Source of the DNA: Diplonema japonicum
Taxonomy: Eukaryota > Protista > Euglenozoa: Diplonemea
Direction: 5' to 3'
Assembly (NCBI GenBank): GCA_964019335.1
Contig: OZ025653.1
Coordinates: 310,001 to 374,000 of the forward strand
DNA length: 64,000 bases
Positions 19,001 to 28,015 of this stretch are shown here, piece by piece; within the stretch, counting starts at the first letter, position 1; every line of letters starts with the position of its first letter. The notes under the pieces were generated by a model that worked only from the letters and a program-made list of their open reading frames with translations, was not told the origin of the DNA and did no database searches. The position numbers were made by a program, and so were the translations under genes.

Positions 19001-20055
19001 ATTCGGATCGCCTCCCAGTTCAACCGCTTCCCTTTGGTGAGGAACATCCCTTTCTGCAGGAGGTCCTTGTTGTAGATCTCGAACATCTTTGCCATGACGC
19101 CCTCGTGTATGTTGAGAGTGGGGATGCCGGGGAGGAAGTCATTGCCGACGAAGAAGCACATGACGACGAAGTCGTTGTAGCAAGGTGCCCAGTCGAAGGC
19201 TTTAATCATTTTGTGGTCTTGCTGAGCGAAGTCGATGGAGAGGTAGTTGCGGAAGGTCTCGACGTGGAACAGCACAAACTGATCCGCGACGGGGAGGGAC
19301 TCCTTCTCGATGCCCTTCTTCTTCAGCTCTTCTCTCTTCTCAACGTCCTTCTTCGACTCAAACTTCACGACTTCTCTTAAAAGCACGAAGTGCGGTTCAT
19401 GAGACACAAGAGCCAACATGATAAGGTCCGCGTCGAGCCCGTACAAGCAATGCTTCTCGTTGGGGTCGTACCCCGCCGACATCCTTCGCTTCCTGATGAA
19501 GTCCATAATCTTATGCTCACCTTCACCTGGAGCGTCATAGCCAGAGAAGACTACATTCACCCCCCGCCATGACTCATCCGTCTCTAGCTTTCTTGCAATG
19601 AAGTATTTGAAATGCTTGCTGAACTCGTCCATGAATGGTGTTCCTGGTGTGATCTCATTTGAATCAAACACCTGTTCTGGATCGATGACTTCCCTTCCTT
19701 CTTCCTTTGCTGTTTGCACGGCCTCCAAGGTGTCTGTTTCCTTTCTGAATCTCCTCTGTCTCTGCTGGTTCATCTTGGCTCTGGGTGCAACGCCGTCCAC
19801 ACACATCAAGAAGTTCTTCCTCGGCCGGACCACATCGAACAGCTTCTCTATATACACACACATTGCTCTTGCCATTTCGTCCGAGGAGGCGCTCTCCTTG
19901 GAGAGGTCCACATCGTTGTTGTGGCTGCAGTGGTGGATAATCCCATTCATGTCCAGGTACAAGTTATCAAAGTGCATAGGTGCCTCCCCATCGTGCGAGG
20001 TGATGACGCAAGGATACCTCTCTGAGAAGTAACGGAAAAACTTCGGCACACCCAT
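16054..20055 (-). CDS. XRN1: 5'-3' exoribonuclease XRN1/XRNA-like; probable in-frame 60-nt intron 16108-16167
   Basis: MGVPKFFRY, DNLYLDMNGIIH, DGVAPRAKMNQQR, PGEGEHKI, YGLDADLI, GNDFLP, WFYPFHYSP, plus C-terminal XRN1-type domains (PFGARGVV..EVVLD). Confidence 0.95.
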   Translation of the reverse strand: MGVPKFFRYFSERYPCVITSHDGEAPMHFDNLYLDMNGIIHHCSHNNDVDLSKESASSDEMARAMCVYIEKLFDVVRPRKNFLMCVDGVAPRAKMNQQRQRRFRKETDTLEAVQTAKEEGREVIDPEQVFDSNEITPGTPFMDEFSKHFKYFIARKLETDESWRGVNVVFSGYDAPGEGEHKIMDFIRKRRMSAGYDPNEKHCLYGLDADLIMLALVSHEPHFVLLREVVKFESKKDVEKREELKKKGIEKESLPVADQFVLFHVETFRNYLSIDFAQQDHKMIKAFDWAPCYNDFVVMCFFVGNDFLPGIPTLNIHEGVMAKMFEIYNKDLLQKGMFLTKGKRLNWEAIRIFLRRLGEKELEMVKAREKEEEDYNKRQKRYNPEVVLKAVSHTTNMTEAKEKYYKKKFDWGMDHTAGLRQLCLKWVEGIEWVWKYYVDGVPSWRWFYPFHYSPFASDLAEVNLLDIAGKTQFELNQPFLPFDQLLGVLPPMSIKRCLPVAYHKLPEMEALSYAFPKALTVDRENARAPWEGVVVIPFLDEHDILKESAKVRDTLTHEERIRNTNGTSILYKYDPEQPVVTVPSTISGCPTASCPMLVTEYISPSGDQHNPVPLAGAVSGGAVGFSALFSKHFSTYMKQEITIFDKKSFKESVIIKLEKAGNIERYREYIHKWVWVDWPHYRYARINAVMDKKTVLRKKGALNNNAEEARAFDTLANEHRVKLLTKRGIAVDVSVMVSVKFCAGVCSIKNELHKKMAAPPEALFPVQLIKLDDKREPQWNPLPFPMLDAAARSESRNERSLLHLPVMYFPHNRTSEDKWGCVGEIVSMKENKANITLKAARPCPQLPHDLSAAIDTSSWVTLKDIAHGIGVPPRVLELLCGSITTTKPFGAREIGMCLVVKSEEKMYSRLGCAKYRLEGMRTPVDTSHYMTMGTKDCVLTRLADRAAGSSHMELGCWIVSSETRKVIETFCKKFNPMIEASQTQSINSFDPQHLRTGAWEKHNASVIINEIEAWVKAQPHWQAPLVGATEDMVPPAQIAKLEQALIHAVQEDEPDIKMRVHKQLQDVYTPFFHTKDHMLLTQPGKFETKELIRLGARVINMKAVGAIPFGARGVVVRMLSDSATAEVVLDDEFLGATTLNGRLSSYRGALIKKACLMPVRCNTGAPKAILKSPQKSTMHIAGGGKEPTEIDVKSKTRALDVTPPPSAPSPPDNTMKLPAEVADALGVASIGAKKEHVRSHHHHHLGINSPDSHVSPPPMSPQMGHEPGEISLMTIRVLQAPPTMAKEIPFVQDMRQVYLFFFFFLFFSTTPYTTSQGFKKKMLKRKAQKKPSA

Positions 20056-20290
20056 CTTCTTTTTTTTTTAAAAAAAAAGAAAAACAAAGCCCTGGTCCCT
20101 TTATTTATGACTTCTTCTTCTTTTTTTCTTTTGCGAAAAACCAAGGGGGGGGGGGGGGGGGGATAAACACAAAAAATGATAACTAAAAGAAAAGAAAGAA
20201 AGAAAAAAAAGGATTTTTATGATGCATGTTTGTTGGTTTTTTTTTTAATTTTATTGGAAAGATTTATTTTTTCTTTTTTTTCCTTTTTTA

Positions 20291-21246
20291 CTATTTCTTT
20301 GATTTTTTAGCTTTTTTCGCTTTCTTCGACTCCGGTGCGGGGGTTTCCTATTTTTTTTTTTTTTTTTTTTTTTTGTATGACCGTGTGATACCTCGGCAGG
20401 GCGTTTTTTGGATTCTTTGGATTTCTTCTCTTTCTTCTTGGGTTCCTCCTCGATTTTCTCGTCCTCTGCTTCTTCTTCCGCTTCCTCCTCCTCCTCTTTG
20501 TCGTCTGTCTCAGGTTCGATGGGAACCTCTGAAGGGACGAAGTCCTTGGAACACTGGATAAGCCTTTCCTTCTCCTTGTTGATGAAGCTTCGCTGATCTT
20601 TGATCCAGACCATAATACGCTTGACCTCAGCAGGTTCGAGGACGGTATTGAGGAGGGGTTCAAAAGAGGTGAGGAAGGCGTTGGCAACGTTGGAGAGGCG
20701 GCTCGCGATGATGTAAGGCGAGACAGTGCTGTTCATCAGCCCTGCGGCAAGCTTCTCAAGGATATCACAGGCAGCGTTGATGGAATGCTGTCTTTTGTTT
20801 TTTATCTTAATGTTTGTCTCTTCCAGAACGGATGGATCCATGATAGCTCTAAAAGATGCATGCCCACCACAAGCGATCATCGCTTGAAGGCGGCCCACTG
20901 CTTCTACCGCATCTTCAACCACGTCTTCATGTTCCTTGAGTGCTGCTTCCTCTGATTTTACCATTTCTCTGGCCTTCTCCCATGCTTCTTTCCTTGAGGC
21001 CCTCTTTACTTTTTTTATGTCTTCTTTCTTGTCTTGTGCTTCCATCTCCTTCCTTTGTTCTGTTCTTTGCTTCTTTCTCCTCTCCTTCCTTGCTTTTCGA
21101 ACAGCGGGGTCATCCTTGGGGTGTGCTTTTACCGGTTCCACCGCTTTCTCTGCTTTCTTCTCCTCCTTCTTTTCCGTTTGTTTCGGTTCCTTCTTTTGGG
21201 TCTTCTTCACCTGCGCCTCCTGAAACAGATCGTTGAAAGTGCTCAT
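20291..21246 (-). CDS. Lys/Glu-rich hypothetical protein (possibly nucleolar); intron 20348-20391
   Basis: Long ORF. Removing the 44-nt GTATCA..ATAG intron gives the C-terminus ETPAPESKKAKKAKKSKK*. Confidence 0.75.
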
Positions 21247-21495
21247 TTTTTTTTTCTTCTTTTTTTCCCCTTACTATTACAGAAAATGGATGGAAAGGAA
21301 GGGACAAAAAAAGAAGAAAATAAAAACGGAATAGGGAGAAGAAGGAAAAGAAGAAAGAAAAAGATGTCATTGAAGGGAACCTATAGTATGACAGGTACCT
21401 TAAAAAAAAAAAAAAAAAAAAAAAAAGAGGCTGCGTTTGAACCAAATGAATGATTCAAGAGAAAAAGGAAATAAATGGGGAAAAAAAAAAAAAAA

Positions 21496-21969
21496 AGAAA
21501 CTCAAATTAACATGCAGCTCCCTGAAACGAAAGCTGCGTGCCCTAAAAAGGGGTGGGGGTGGTCAGTACTGGGTATCCCTCAGTTTCGGTCAAATCTTGC
21601 GACCCCTCCAGGTGCTGACCTCTTCAGGCAAGAGGCTTCCTACTAGCGTCCCAGCAGGTTTGGAGAGTATACTTTTCCCGACCACGGTCTCCGCATTTGC
21701 TCTATGGACAAGGCTATGGTTGCGCGAGGTCCTTAGTGGGTGGCCCCTGCGGGGGGGGGATGGTATTATCTAAGCGGGCTGGTCCTTTACACGACCAATG
21801 ATGCGTATGGCTGGGCCCGGGGCCGCAGGGGACGAACGCAACCCCGACAATGGTTCAAAAGTCCCACGAAAACAGAAACTCAAATTAACATGCAAAGCTC
21901 CCTGAAATGACAGCCGCATGCTAAAAAGGGGTGGGGTATGGCCAGTACTAGGTAGCTCTCAGTTTCGGT
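21496..21969. repeat. Two ~95-bp direct repeats (21496-21590, 21874-21969) flanking a GC-rich, stem-rich 283-bp core
   Basis: Both copies read AGAAACTCAAATTAACATGC..GCTCCCTGAAA..AAAAAGGGGTGGGG..CAGTACT.GGTA..CTCAGTTTCGGT. Confidence 0.85.
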
Positions 21970-22742
21970 AAGAAAGGAAAAACTGTTATATGATGGGGAA
22001 GAAGTGTGTGTTGGCAACGAACAGCCCATCAAGATATATAAAAAAAATAAAAAATTAAAAAGACAAAAAGAAGACCCGGCTGAGGAAGTAAAAGAAAAAA
22101 AAAAGAAAAGAAATGAAAAATAAATAGAGTCGGCGATTGTTATTTGACACAAGCCGGATGAGCCTGCCTGAGGTTAACCGACAAGTTTGCCCAGTACTCT
22201 CTTTTAGAAGGGGGGGGGGAAGAAAACAACACAGTACTCTTTTTAACAATATCAAAATACAGCCCGTTTTTCGTTATTTTGTCACAAGCGAGGTCACCAG
22301 GGATATTTTCATTGCTCCTAAGGTCAGTCCTTGATCAAGCGACAACCGAAAACGGGATATATAGCTTGCCTTGTACAAAACAAAAAAAAAGTTTATGAGT
22401 CAAAAGGACCTCGCGAGAGGTTCTCTGTTTCGCAAATTTGTTCCAAACCACATACCCCCCTTTTTTTTAAATAACTACAATAACATTGAAGTGTTTCTGT
22501 TCATTATTCAAAAAAAAGGGGGGGGGGCGGTAGAATATATGAGTATTGAAAAAACTTTCCCTGATACAAATACGTTGCCAACATCCCCCCCCCCCCCCCC
22601 CCCTTCTTTCTCTTTCTTTCTCTTCTTTTGTCTTAGACAAATACTCGTTTGCAAAAAAAAAAAAAAATCACTATGATAGGAACGAAGTGGTTAGCAACGG
22701 CCCGGAAAAAAACAGAAAAAAAGGAGAAAACAAAAAAAATTC

Positions 22743-22819
22743 TTTATAACTATACGTGTTGTTCGCACGAGCAAAAAAAAAAAAAAAAAAAAAAAAGATT
22801 TTTAAAAAAAAGCTGAGAA

Positions 22820-22851
<32 letters not shown>

Positions 22852-22925
22852 GCTCGGCACAAGTTGCATATAGTTATAAAATCATTTTTTTTTTTCTTTT
22901 TGAAAAGATAAATATTTGTAACAAA
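22743..22925. repeat. AT-rich foldback/MITE-like repeat; the empty-site version of 43815-45030
   Basis: Inverted repeat TTTATAACTATA..TATAGTTATAAA. Its reverse complement matches both flanks of the 43885-44901 insertion. Confidence 0.75.
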
Positions 22926-22997
22926 AAAAAAAAAAAAAAAAAAAGGGCTTTTACGGAAGTAAAAGGAATGGTTTGGCAGTGCTCCCCTTCATCTCCA

Positions 22998-24492
22998 CTA
23001 GCATATCCGCTTTTTGTTCTTTCTAAGATCAAGAAGGACCACTTCTTTGAAAGGGTTGTGCATCTTATGAAGTTGTTGCTGCAGCTTCGTCTCCTCTTCA
23101 TCCCACCAAGAAGGCGCCCGCGCAGAAGGGTTGCTGTTGTGCCTCTCTTGGTAATCCTCATGTGCTACCAAGCACTTAATACGTCTTGCAAAGTAAGGCG
23201 TTGGCCGTGACATCGGCGGCAGCACCTTAAGCTGTACCATGAAGGACCTGTCCTCTCGCTCCTCGGACCGTATGTAATAAAGACCCCTACTGGAGTCATT
23301 GGATATTCTCTGCCGCATGCGATCTTCTTCATCTTTCATGCCTCGAACTTCCCTTAAAAACATGTCTCGTTGCTTCTTCTCCCTAATTGCATTGCGGCCT
23401 TCTTCAGTAAGAATGGTTGTGACGGGTTTTTGTAAAGAGGGCGGTGTGCCTCTCTCATTCTTTTCACGGTTTTTCCGGTTTAAGTATTTCATTGCTATGT
23501 GAACGTCCCTCCTCTCGACTAGCATTAGGCTTCGCAGCTCACGAAGAGAATTCGATCTATCTGCCTCGATACGAGCTCGGGTTGTTTGCTCAACAGTTAA
23601 GATGCATAGGAGAGCATCTGTTGGAGACACAGGTTTTGAAGGAGTCTCAACAGGAGCTTTGCGTGTTTTTCTGTATGGGTCGAATTGTTGAGACCACATG
23701 AGCGCCTCGTGCTGCCTGCGCATAATTTTTATGTTTATGTGGTACTCTCGCATGGCATCGATTGGAAGATCCGCGGCGATTTCTAAGGATCTTAGCGTTG
23801 GGGAGAGCTGGTTGTTGAATTTTTAAAAAAAAAAAAAAAAAATGGGGCTTTGATTGCAACACTAGGTGGCGTTAAGCGTGCAATGAAGCACGAACTACCT
23901 ACTTGATTACAGGGGGCGCTCCCCGGCCGAGCAGTAGCTTCTTTTGCGTTCCGCGTCGTGTCCTTAATGCGTGCGGTGTGCTCAACCCTAGCCGGGGCGT
24001 CCCGGGTAACCAAGATTCTGCGCTCGTGCAGTTTGCTGCCTGTTCGTCACCCTGAGCATCTGCGTTACGTTCTTCCACTCGGGCGCTACCGGTGATGACC
24101 GACGAGGAGGTCAACAGCGAACAACACATCTGATGTACTTCTTATATTTCCATGTTATCCCCACCACCACAAAAAACTTTTTTTAATTAAAAATTCTACC
24201 TCATTCAAAACATGAGCTGCACCCAAGACAGTGGTCAGGTTTTTAACATCATCTAACTGCAAAGGTTTGCAAGGAGGATCTGCCTCTTTTGCTTCTCTTT
24301 TTGTTCCCCATGATTCTTCTAAGAGCTCTAATAAGGCGTACTCCTTTTTTTATGTTGAAATGGATTGTGTGTTTTCTTTTTTTTTTTTTTGACTACCTCC
24401 TCCCCTGCAGCCTCAAAGAGTGTGGCAACGCAGTACCCATCGGGGATTTCACTTGTATTTTTACCGCGTACTGTTTCATTGTGGTGGGTCAT
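22998..24492 (-). CDS. Hypothetical protein, 3 exons (24492-24397, 24343-24200, 23807-22998); intron 2 (23808-24199) hosts the ribozyme element
   Basis: Exons read MTHHNE..AAGEE | EYALLE..HVLNE | LSPTLR..IDA-MREYH, all phase-0 GT-AG and in frame with ORF 22998..23753. Confidence 0.75.
23842..24168 (-). mobile_element. ~325-nt SINE-like element with a 5' HDV-like ribozyme, intronic, sense orientation
   Basis: Second copy at 15701-16009. T-runs flank both sides on the minus strand. The element begins at the predicted cleavage site. Confidence 0.85.
24035..24168 (-). ncRNA. HDV-like (nested double pseudoknot) self-cleaving ribozyme
   Basis: P1 GGUGGUG/CAUCACC; J1/2 hairpin; P2 GCUGUUG/CAG(G)CAGC; P3 ACC/GGU; L3 UCCUCGUC; P1.1 GG; P4 CGCCC-GAGU/GCUC-A-GGGUG; J4/2 CGAA. 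Confidence 0.85.
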
Positions 24493-25581
24493 TGGGATGA
24501 TGATTTTTCTTTCTTTCTTTTCTTTTTCTCTTATCTCACCCCCCCCCCCCCCCCCCCGTGCGTGCTGTGTGTTTTTTTATGAGAAAGAAAAAAAAATCTT
24601 TCGTTAATAATATTAGAAATCAGCGTTCTTTTTTATTAAAAAAAAAAGGAGAAAGCAAGGAGTTTCTTCTTTTCGTGTTTCTGCTCTCTTTTGTTTTTTT
24701 TCTTTCTTTCGTTTCTCCCCCTCCTTCTTTTTCTTTTTTTCTTTTTTTTTTTCTTCTCTTCCCGGTTAGAGAAGAGAGAAAAGAATTCATTGACTACGAT
24801 GATAGAGGATGAAAGTGTTCCAGCCAACGGTTCCAACCAAACTTCACACGCATAAAAAAAAAAAAAAAATAATAAAAAAAAAAGGGTTGGAGCTCGTCAC
24901 TGCGGGGATTGAGCATGTTTGGTGTTACTCCGGCTTTTCTTTTTTTAAAGCCACTCCCATGTTTAAAACCTACCTCTGGAAAAGAGAATACCCAAAAAAA
25001 AAAATTAAAAAAAATAGAGAGGGGTAGTAGAATGCCCCTAGTGGCTTTTTCTTTTTTTTTTTTGTCTCAAATTTGAAACTGCTTGCTACAGCTTTGTTCT
25101 GGAGCAGTCAGACCGAGGGAGAAAAAAAAAGAATTTGATAGGCGCCAAGAAAGCTGGAGAGGAAAAGGGAAAAGGGAAAAGAAAATATAAAATAATGGAG
25201 AATAAAATGAAAGCTCGATAGTTTAAAGGAAGCCGGTGGGGGCACCCTTAAAAGGACGGACAGGACACAAAAATATTTGTTTTTTTATTGTCTTTTTTTT
25301 TCTCCAAGAGAAAGGGAGGAAGAAAGGAAGGGGCAAAAAGAAAAAAGAAAAAAAAAAAAACATCCCTTAACAAAGGTTGCTAAGAGGGAAGGGAAACAAA
25401 AAAAAAAAAAAAAACATAAAGGAAGATGGAAGAAAGAGAGGGAAATCTAACAAATAACAATGTGTTACTGCGGGAAAAAAAAAAAAATATATATATATAT
25501 ATCTTAGGGAACGGAGTTCAACGATACTATCAAAAAAACGTTTTTTTTTTTTCTTTTCTTTTTTTTTTTTTTTTTCTTGCC

Positions 25582-26637
25582 TCATAGCTTTGAAAGCCCC
25601 TGAGGGTTCATCGACTGCCATTTCCAGGTATCCCTGCAAATGTCATCGATGCTGAGTTCTGTTTTCCATTTTAATTTTTCACCAGCGAGCTTGGGATCAG
25701 CGAAACTGCTGGGGAGGTCACCTTCACGGCGCGGCCCAAATTTAAAAGGGATAGGTTTGCCAACAGCACTCTCCATAGATCGGACAAGTTGGATGACAGA
25801 TGTAGGAACTCCGGACCCGAGATTAAAAGCCGTACACGACGAGGAAGCCATCTCTGACCCGGCGTACTCCAAAGCTGCAACGTGTCCCTTAGCAAGATCC
25901 ACCACATGAATATAATCACGCTCAGGAGTCCCGTCCTTAGTGTCGTAGTCATTACCGAATATGGTGAGGTGCTCCCTTCTGCCAACACACACCTGGGAAA
26001 GGTATGGCATAAGATTGTTTGGCACGCCAGTTGGATCATCACCGATGAGCCCAGTGGGGTGCGCACCAACAGGGTTGAAATATCTCAATAAAATCACCTT
26101 CCATCCATTGCCAAACGGCGCCTTTGCATTTGGTTTGCAAATGTCTTGAAGAATCTGTTCAATCATCACCTTTGTCTGCCCATATGGTGCTGTGACACCA
26201 ACACCGGTTTGTGTTGCCTCGCTGTAAGGTGACGGGGCGTTTCCATAAACAGTTGCGGAGGAGGAGAACACAATTGTTCTGCAGTTGTATGCCGCCATGA
26301 CCCTTAGAAGGTTCAGAGTGCCTGCTATATTGTTTTCATAGTATCTCCATGGTAGTTCTATGGACTCACCTACGGCTTTCAGTGCCGCGAAGTGGATCAC
26401 GCACTCAAACGTTTTGTGTTCGGCGAAGACGCGTTCCAAGCCCGCCTTGTCCAGCAGGTCCACCTTTGCGAACTTCACCGGCTTGCCAGCTATCTTTGCC
26501 ACCCTGCGAACGCTCTCCATCCCGCTGTTGCACAGGTTGTCTATCACCACCACCTCAAACCCATTCGCAAGGAGCTCCACACATGTGTGAGAGCCGATGA
26601 AACCCGCACCTCCCGTTACAAGGATCTTTCCAGGCAT
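25582..26637 (-). CDS. galE: UDP-glucose 4-epimerase
   Basis: ILVTGGAGFIGSH, HFAALKAVGES, FSSSATVYG, YGQTK, LRYFNPVGAH, PNNLMPY, RDYIHVVDLA. Confidence 0.97.
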   Translation of the reverse strand: MPGKILVTGGAGFIGSHTCVELLANGFEVVVIDNLCNSGMESVRRVAKIAGKPVKFAKVDLLDKAGLERVFAEHKTFECVIHFAALKAVGESIELPWRYYENNIAGTLNLLRVMAAYNCRTIVFSSSATVYGNAPSPYSEATQTGVGVTAPYGQTKVMIEQILQDICKPNAKAPFGNGWKVILLRYFNPVGAHPTGLIGDDPTGVPNNLMPYLSQVCVGRREHLTIFGNDYDTKDGTPERDYIHVVDLAKGHVAALEYAGSEMASSSCTAFNLGSGVPTSVIQLVRSMESAVGKPIPFKFGPRREGDLPSSFADPKLAGEKLKWKTELSIDDICRDTWKWQSMNPQGLSKL

Positions 26638-26827
26638 TTTATTCTTTTCTTTCCTACCCCCCTTTGAAAAAAAAATACGGCCGAAAGTGGTTCTAATTTT
26701 TTTTTTTAGAAAAAAAAGAAAAAGAAAACACTTTCATTACCACGCACACTTTTTTTTTTTTTTTTTTTTTTTTTGTATGGAGAAAAACGACGAAAAAAAA
26801 AAAAAAAAAAAAAAAAAAAAGAAACCC

Positions 26828-28015
26828 TCACATCTCAGGTAGATGCCAGTCCGATGTCCTCAGGCTCATCGACTCATAAGTGTTGCCAGGGCACCGCCTT
26901 CGGTGAGGGAGCGACAGGAATTTTTCAGCATGGCCGACGTCGTCCCACCATTGGTTCGTGAACGACTTGCAAAGGGAGTGAGCCACGTGGGAACAGGTCC
27001 AGGGCTTCATGCACCCCCCTGTGAAGTGGTTCGAGATGACAGTTGCAGGGTCGGTGGGCTTGCACGCATCGGAGTTCACCATATTGTTGACATTGCAACG
27101 GGGGATTAACGTGCTGCGGTCCTTCCCATCACCGAAAAGGTAATAATAAGGGAGAAGTCCTTGCATTGTCCGCCCGCCGTATGTCCAACCGACCTTTCCC
27201 CTCCAGCCAGTCCCGGAACGGAAGTCCCCTTCACGAAGGATCTCGTAGATAGCATGGTAGTCCTTTTCCGATTCCTCAGAAGGACGGATCACCAAATACC
27301 CACCATTCACCTTTTCAATGACCCATGCTCCAGCGGTGTACCCAAGAGTTGCGTTCAAGCCCATCCATGGTGGTTGGAACACCTTGTCAAAAGGTTGTCG
27401 GAGATGGATGTCAGTGTCAATCAACAGGATCATTGAAACACCGATATCCTTTGTTAACGACGGTCGCCACACTTCTAACTTGATCATTTCCCAAATGCCA
27501 ATAGCGCCGTCGGTGACGACCTCCTTTGCAATCTGCTTGTTTCGAATTTCATTGGGCTGAATAGGAAGGTCCACCACACGGACATGCCATCCAAGCTTTT
27601 CGAATAATGGTGCTAATGTGTAGCTAGTGTTTGTGAGCAGGACAAGCAATTCAACCTCGTACTCCATTTCATCCTTGAACCTGTTGACCTGAGAGGTCAT
27701 TACTGCAATGTTGTCAAGCATTCCTTCAAAGGAGCCGCTGAAGCCGCGGTCGTACGAGCCTTTATGCACATAGGTCGCCAGCGCTACCTTTTCCTTCTTC
27801 TTCTTTTTCGGGTGTTTTTTAGAGGGGTTCTCTGCAACAGGATCCGATTTCTTTTTGTCTTTTGTTGCCACAGCGTCATCGTTCTTCTTAGAATGATGGT
27901 CCCCCGCCTCTAGATCAGATGAGCCAGCTGACAGAACCCATAGGAACACCACACAGGCCACTGAAAGCAACGCCCATTTCCATGCATTTCCGGTTTTCTT
28001 GGTTTTTTGGACCAT
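26828..28015 (-). CDS. Type II membrane glycosyltransferase, GT-A fold (GT8-like)
   Basis: Short basic N-tail, TM WALLSVACVVFLWVL, stem, KLEVW, DTD (DxD), NGGYLVIRP, Q-GLL, HFTG.CMKPW. ATG 28015. Confidence 0.8.
   Translation of the reverse strand: MVQKTKKTGNAWKWALLSVACVVFLWVLSAGSSDLEAGDHHSKKNDDAVATKDKKKSDPVAENPSKKHPKKKKKEKVALATYVHKGSYDRGFSGSFEGMLDNIAVMTSQVNRFKDEMEYEVELLVLLTNTSYTLAPLFEKLGWHVRVVDLPIQPNEIRNKQIAKEVVTDGAIGIWEMIKLEVWRPSLTKDIGVSMILLIDTDIHLRQPFDKVFQPPWMGLNATLGYTAGAWVIEKVNGGYLVIRPSEESEKDYHAIYEILREGDFRSGTGWRGKVGWTYGGRTMQGLLPYYYLFGDGKDRSTLIPRCNVNNMVNSDACKPTDPATVISNHFTGGCMKPWTCSHVAHSLCKSFTNQWWDDVGHAEKFLSLPHRRRCPGNTYESMSLRTSDWHLPEM

Noticed and set aside
21540-21592. Hammerhead-like GAAAC..GTA on the minus strand of the 95-bp repeat
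   Set aside because: There is no stem I or stem II with CUGANGA in the required order, and the second copy does not keep it.
21733-21765. U6 snRNA-like TGGCCCCTGCG..GGATG
   Set aside because: No ACAGAGA box or AGC triad context. The segment pairs locally with CCGCAGGGG.
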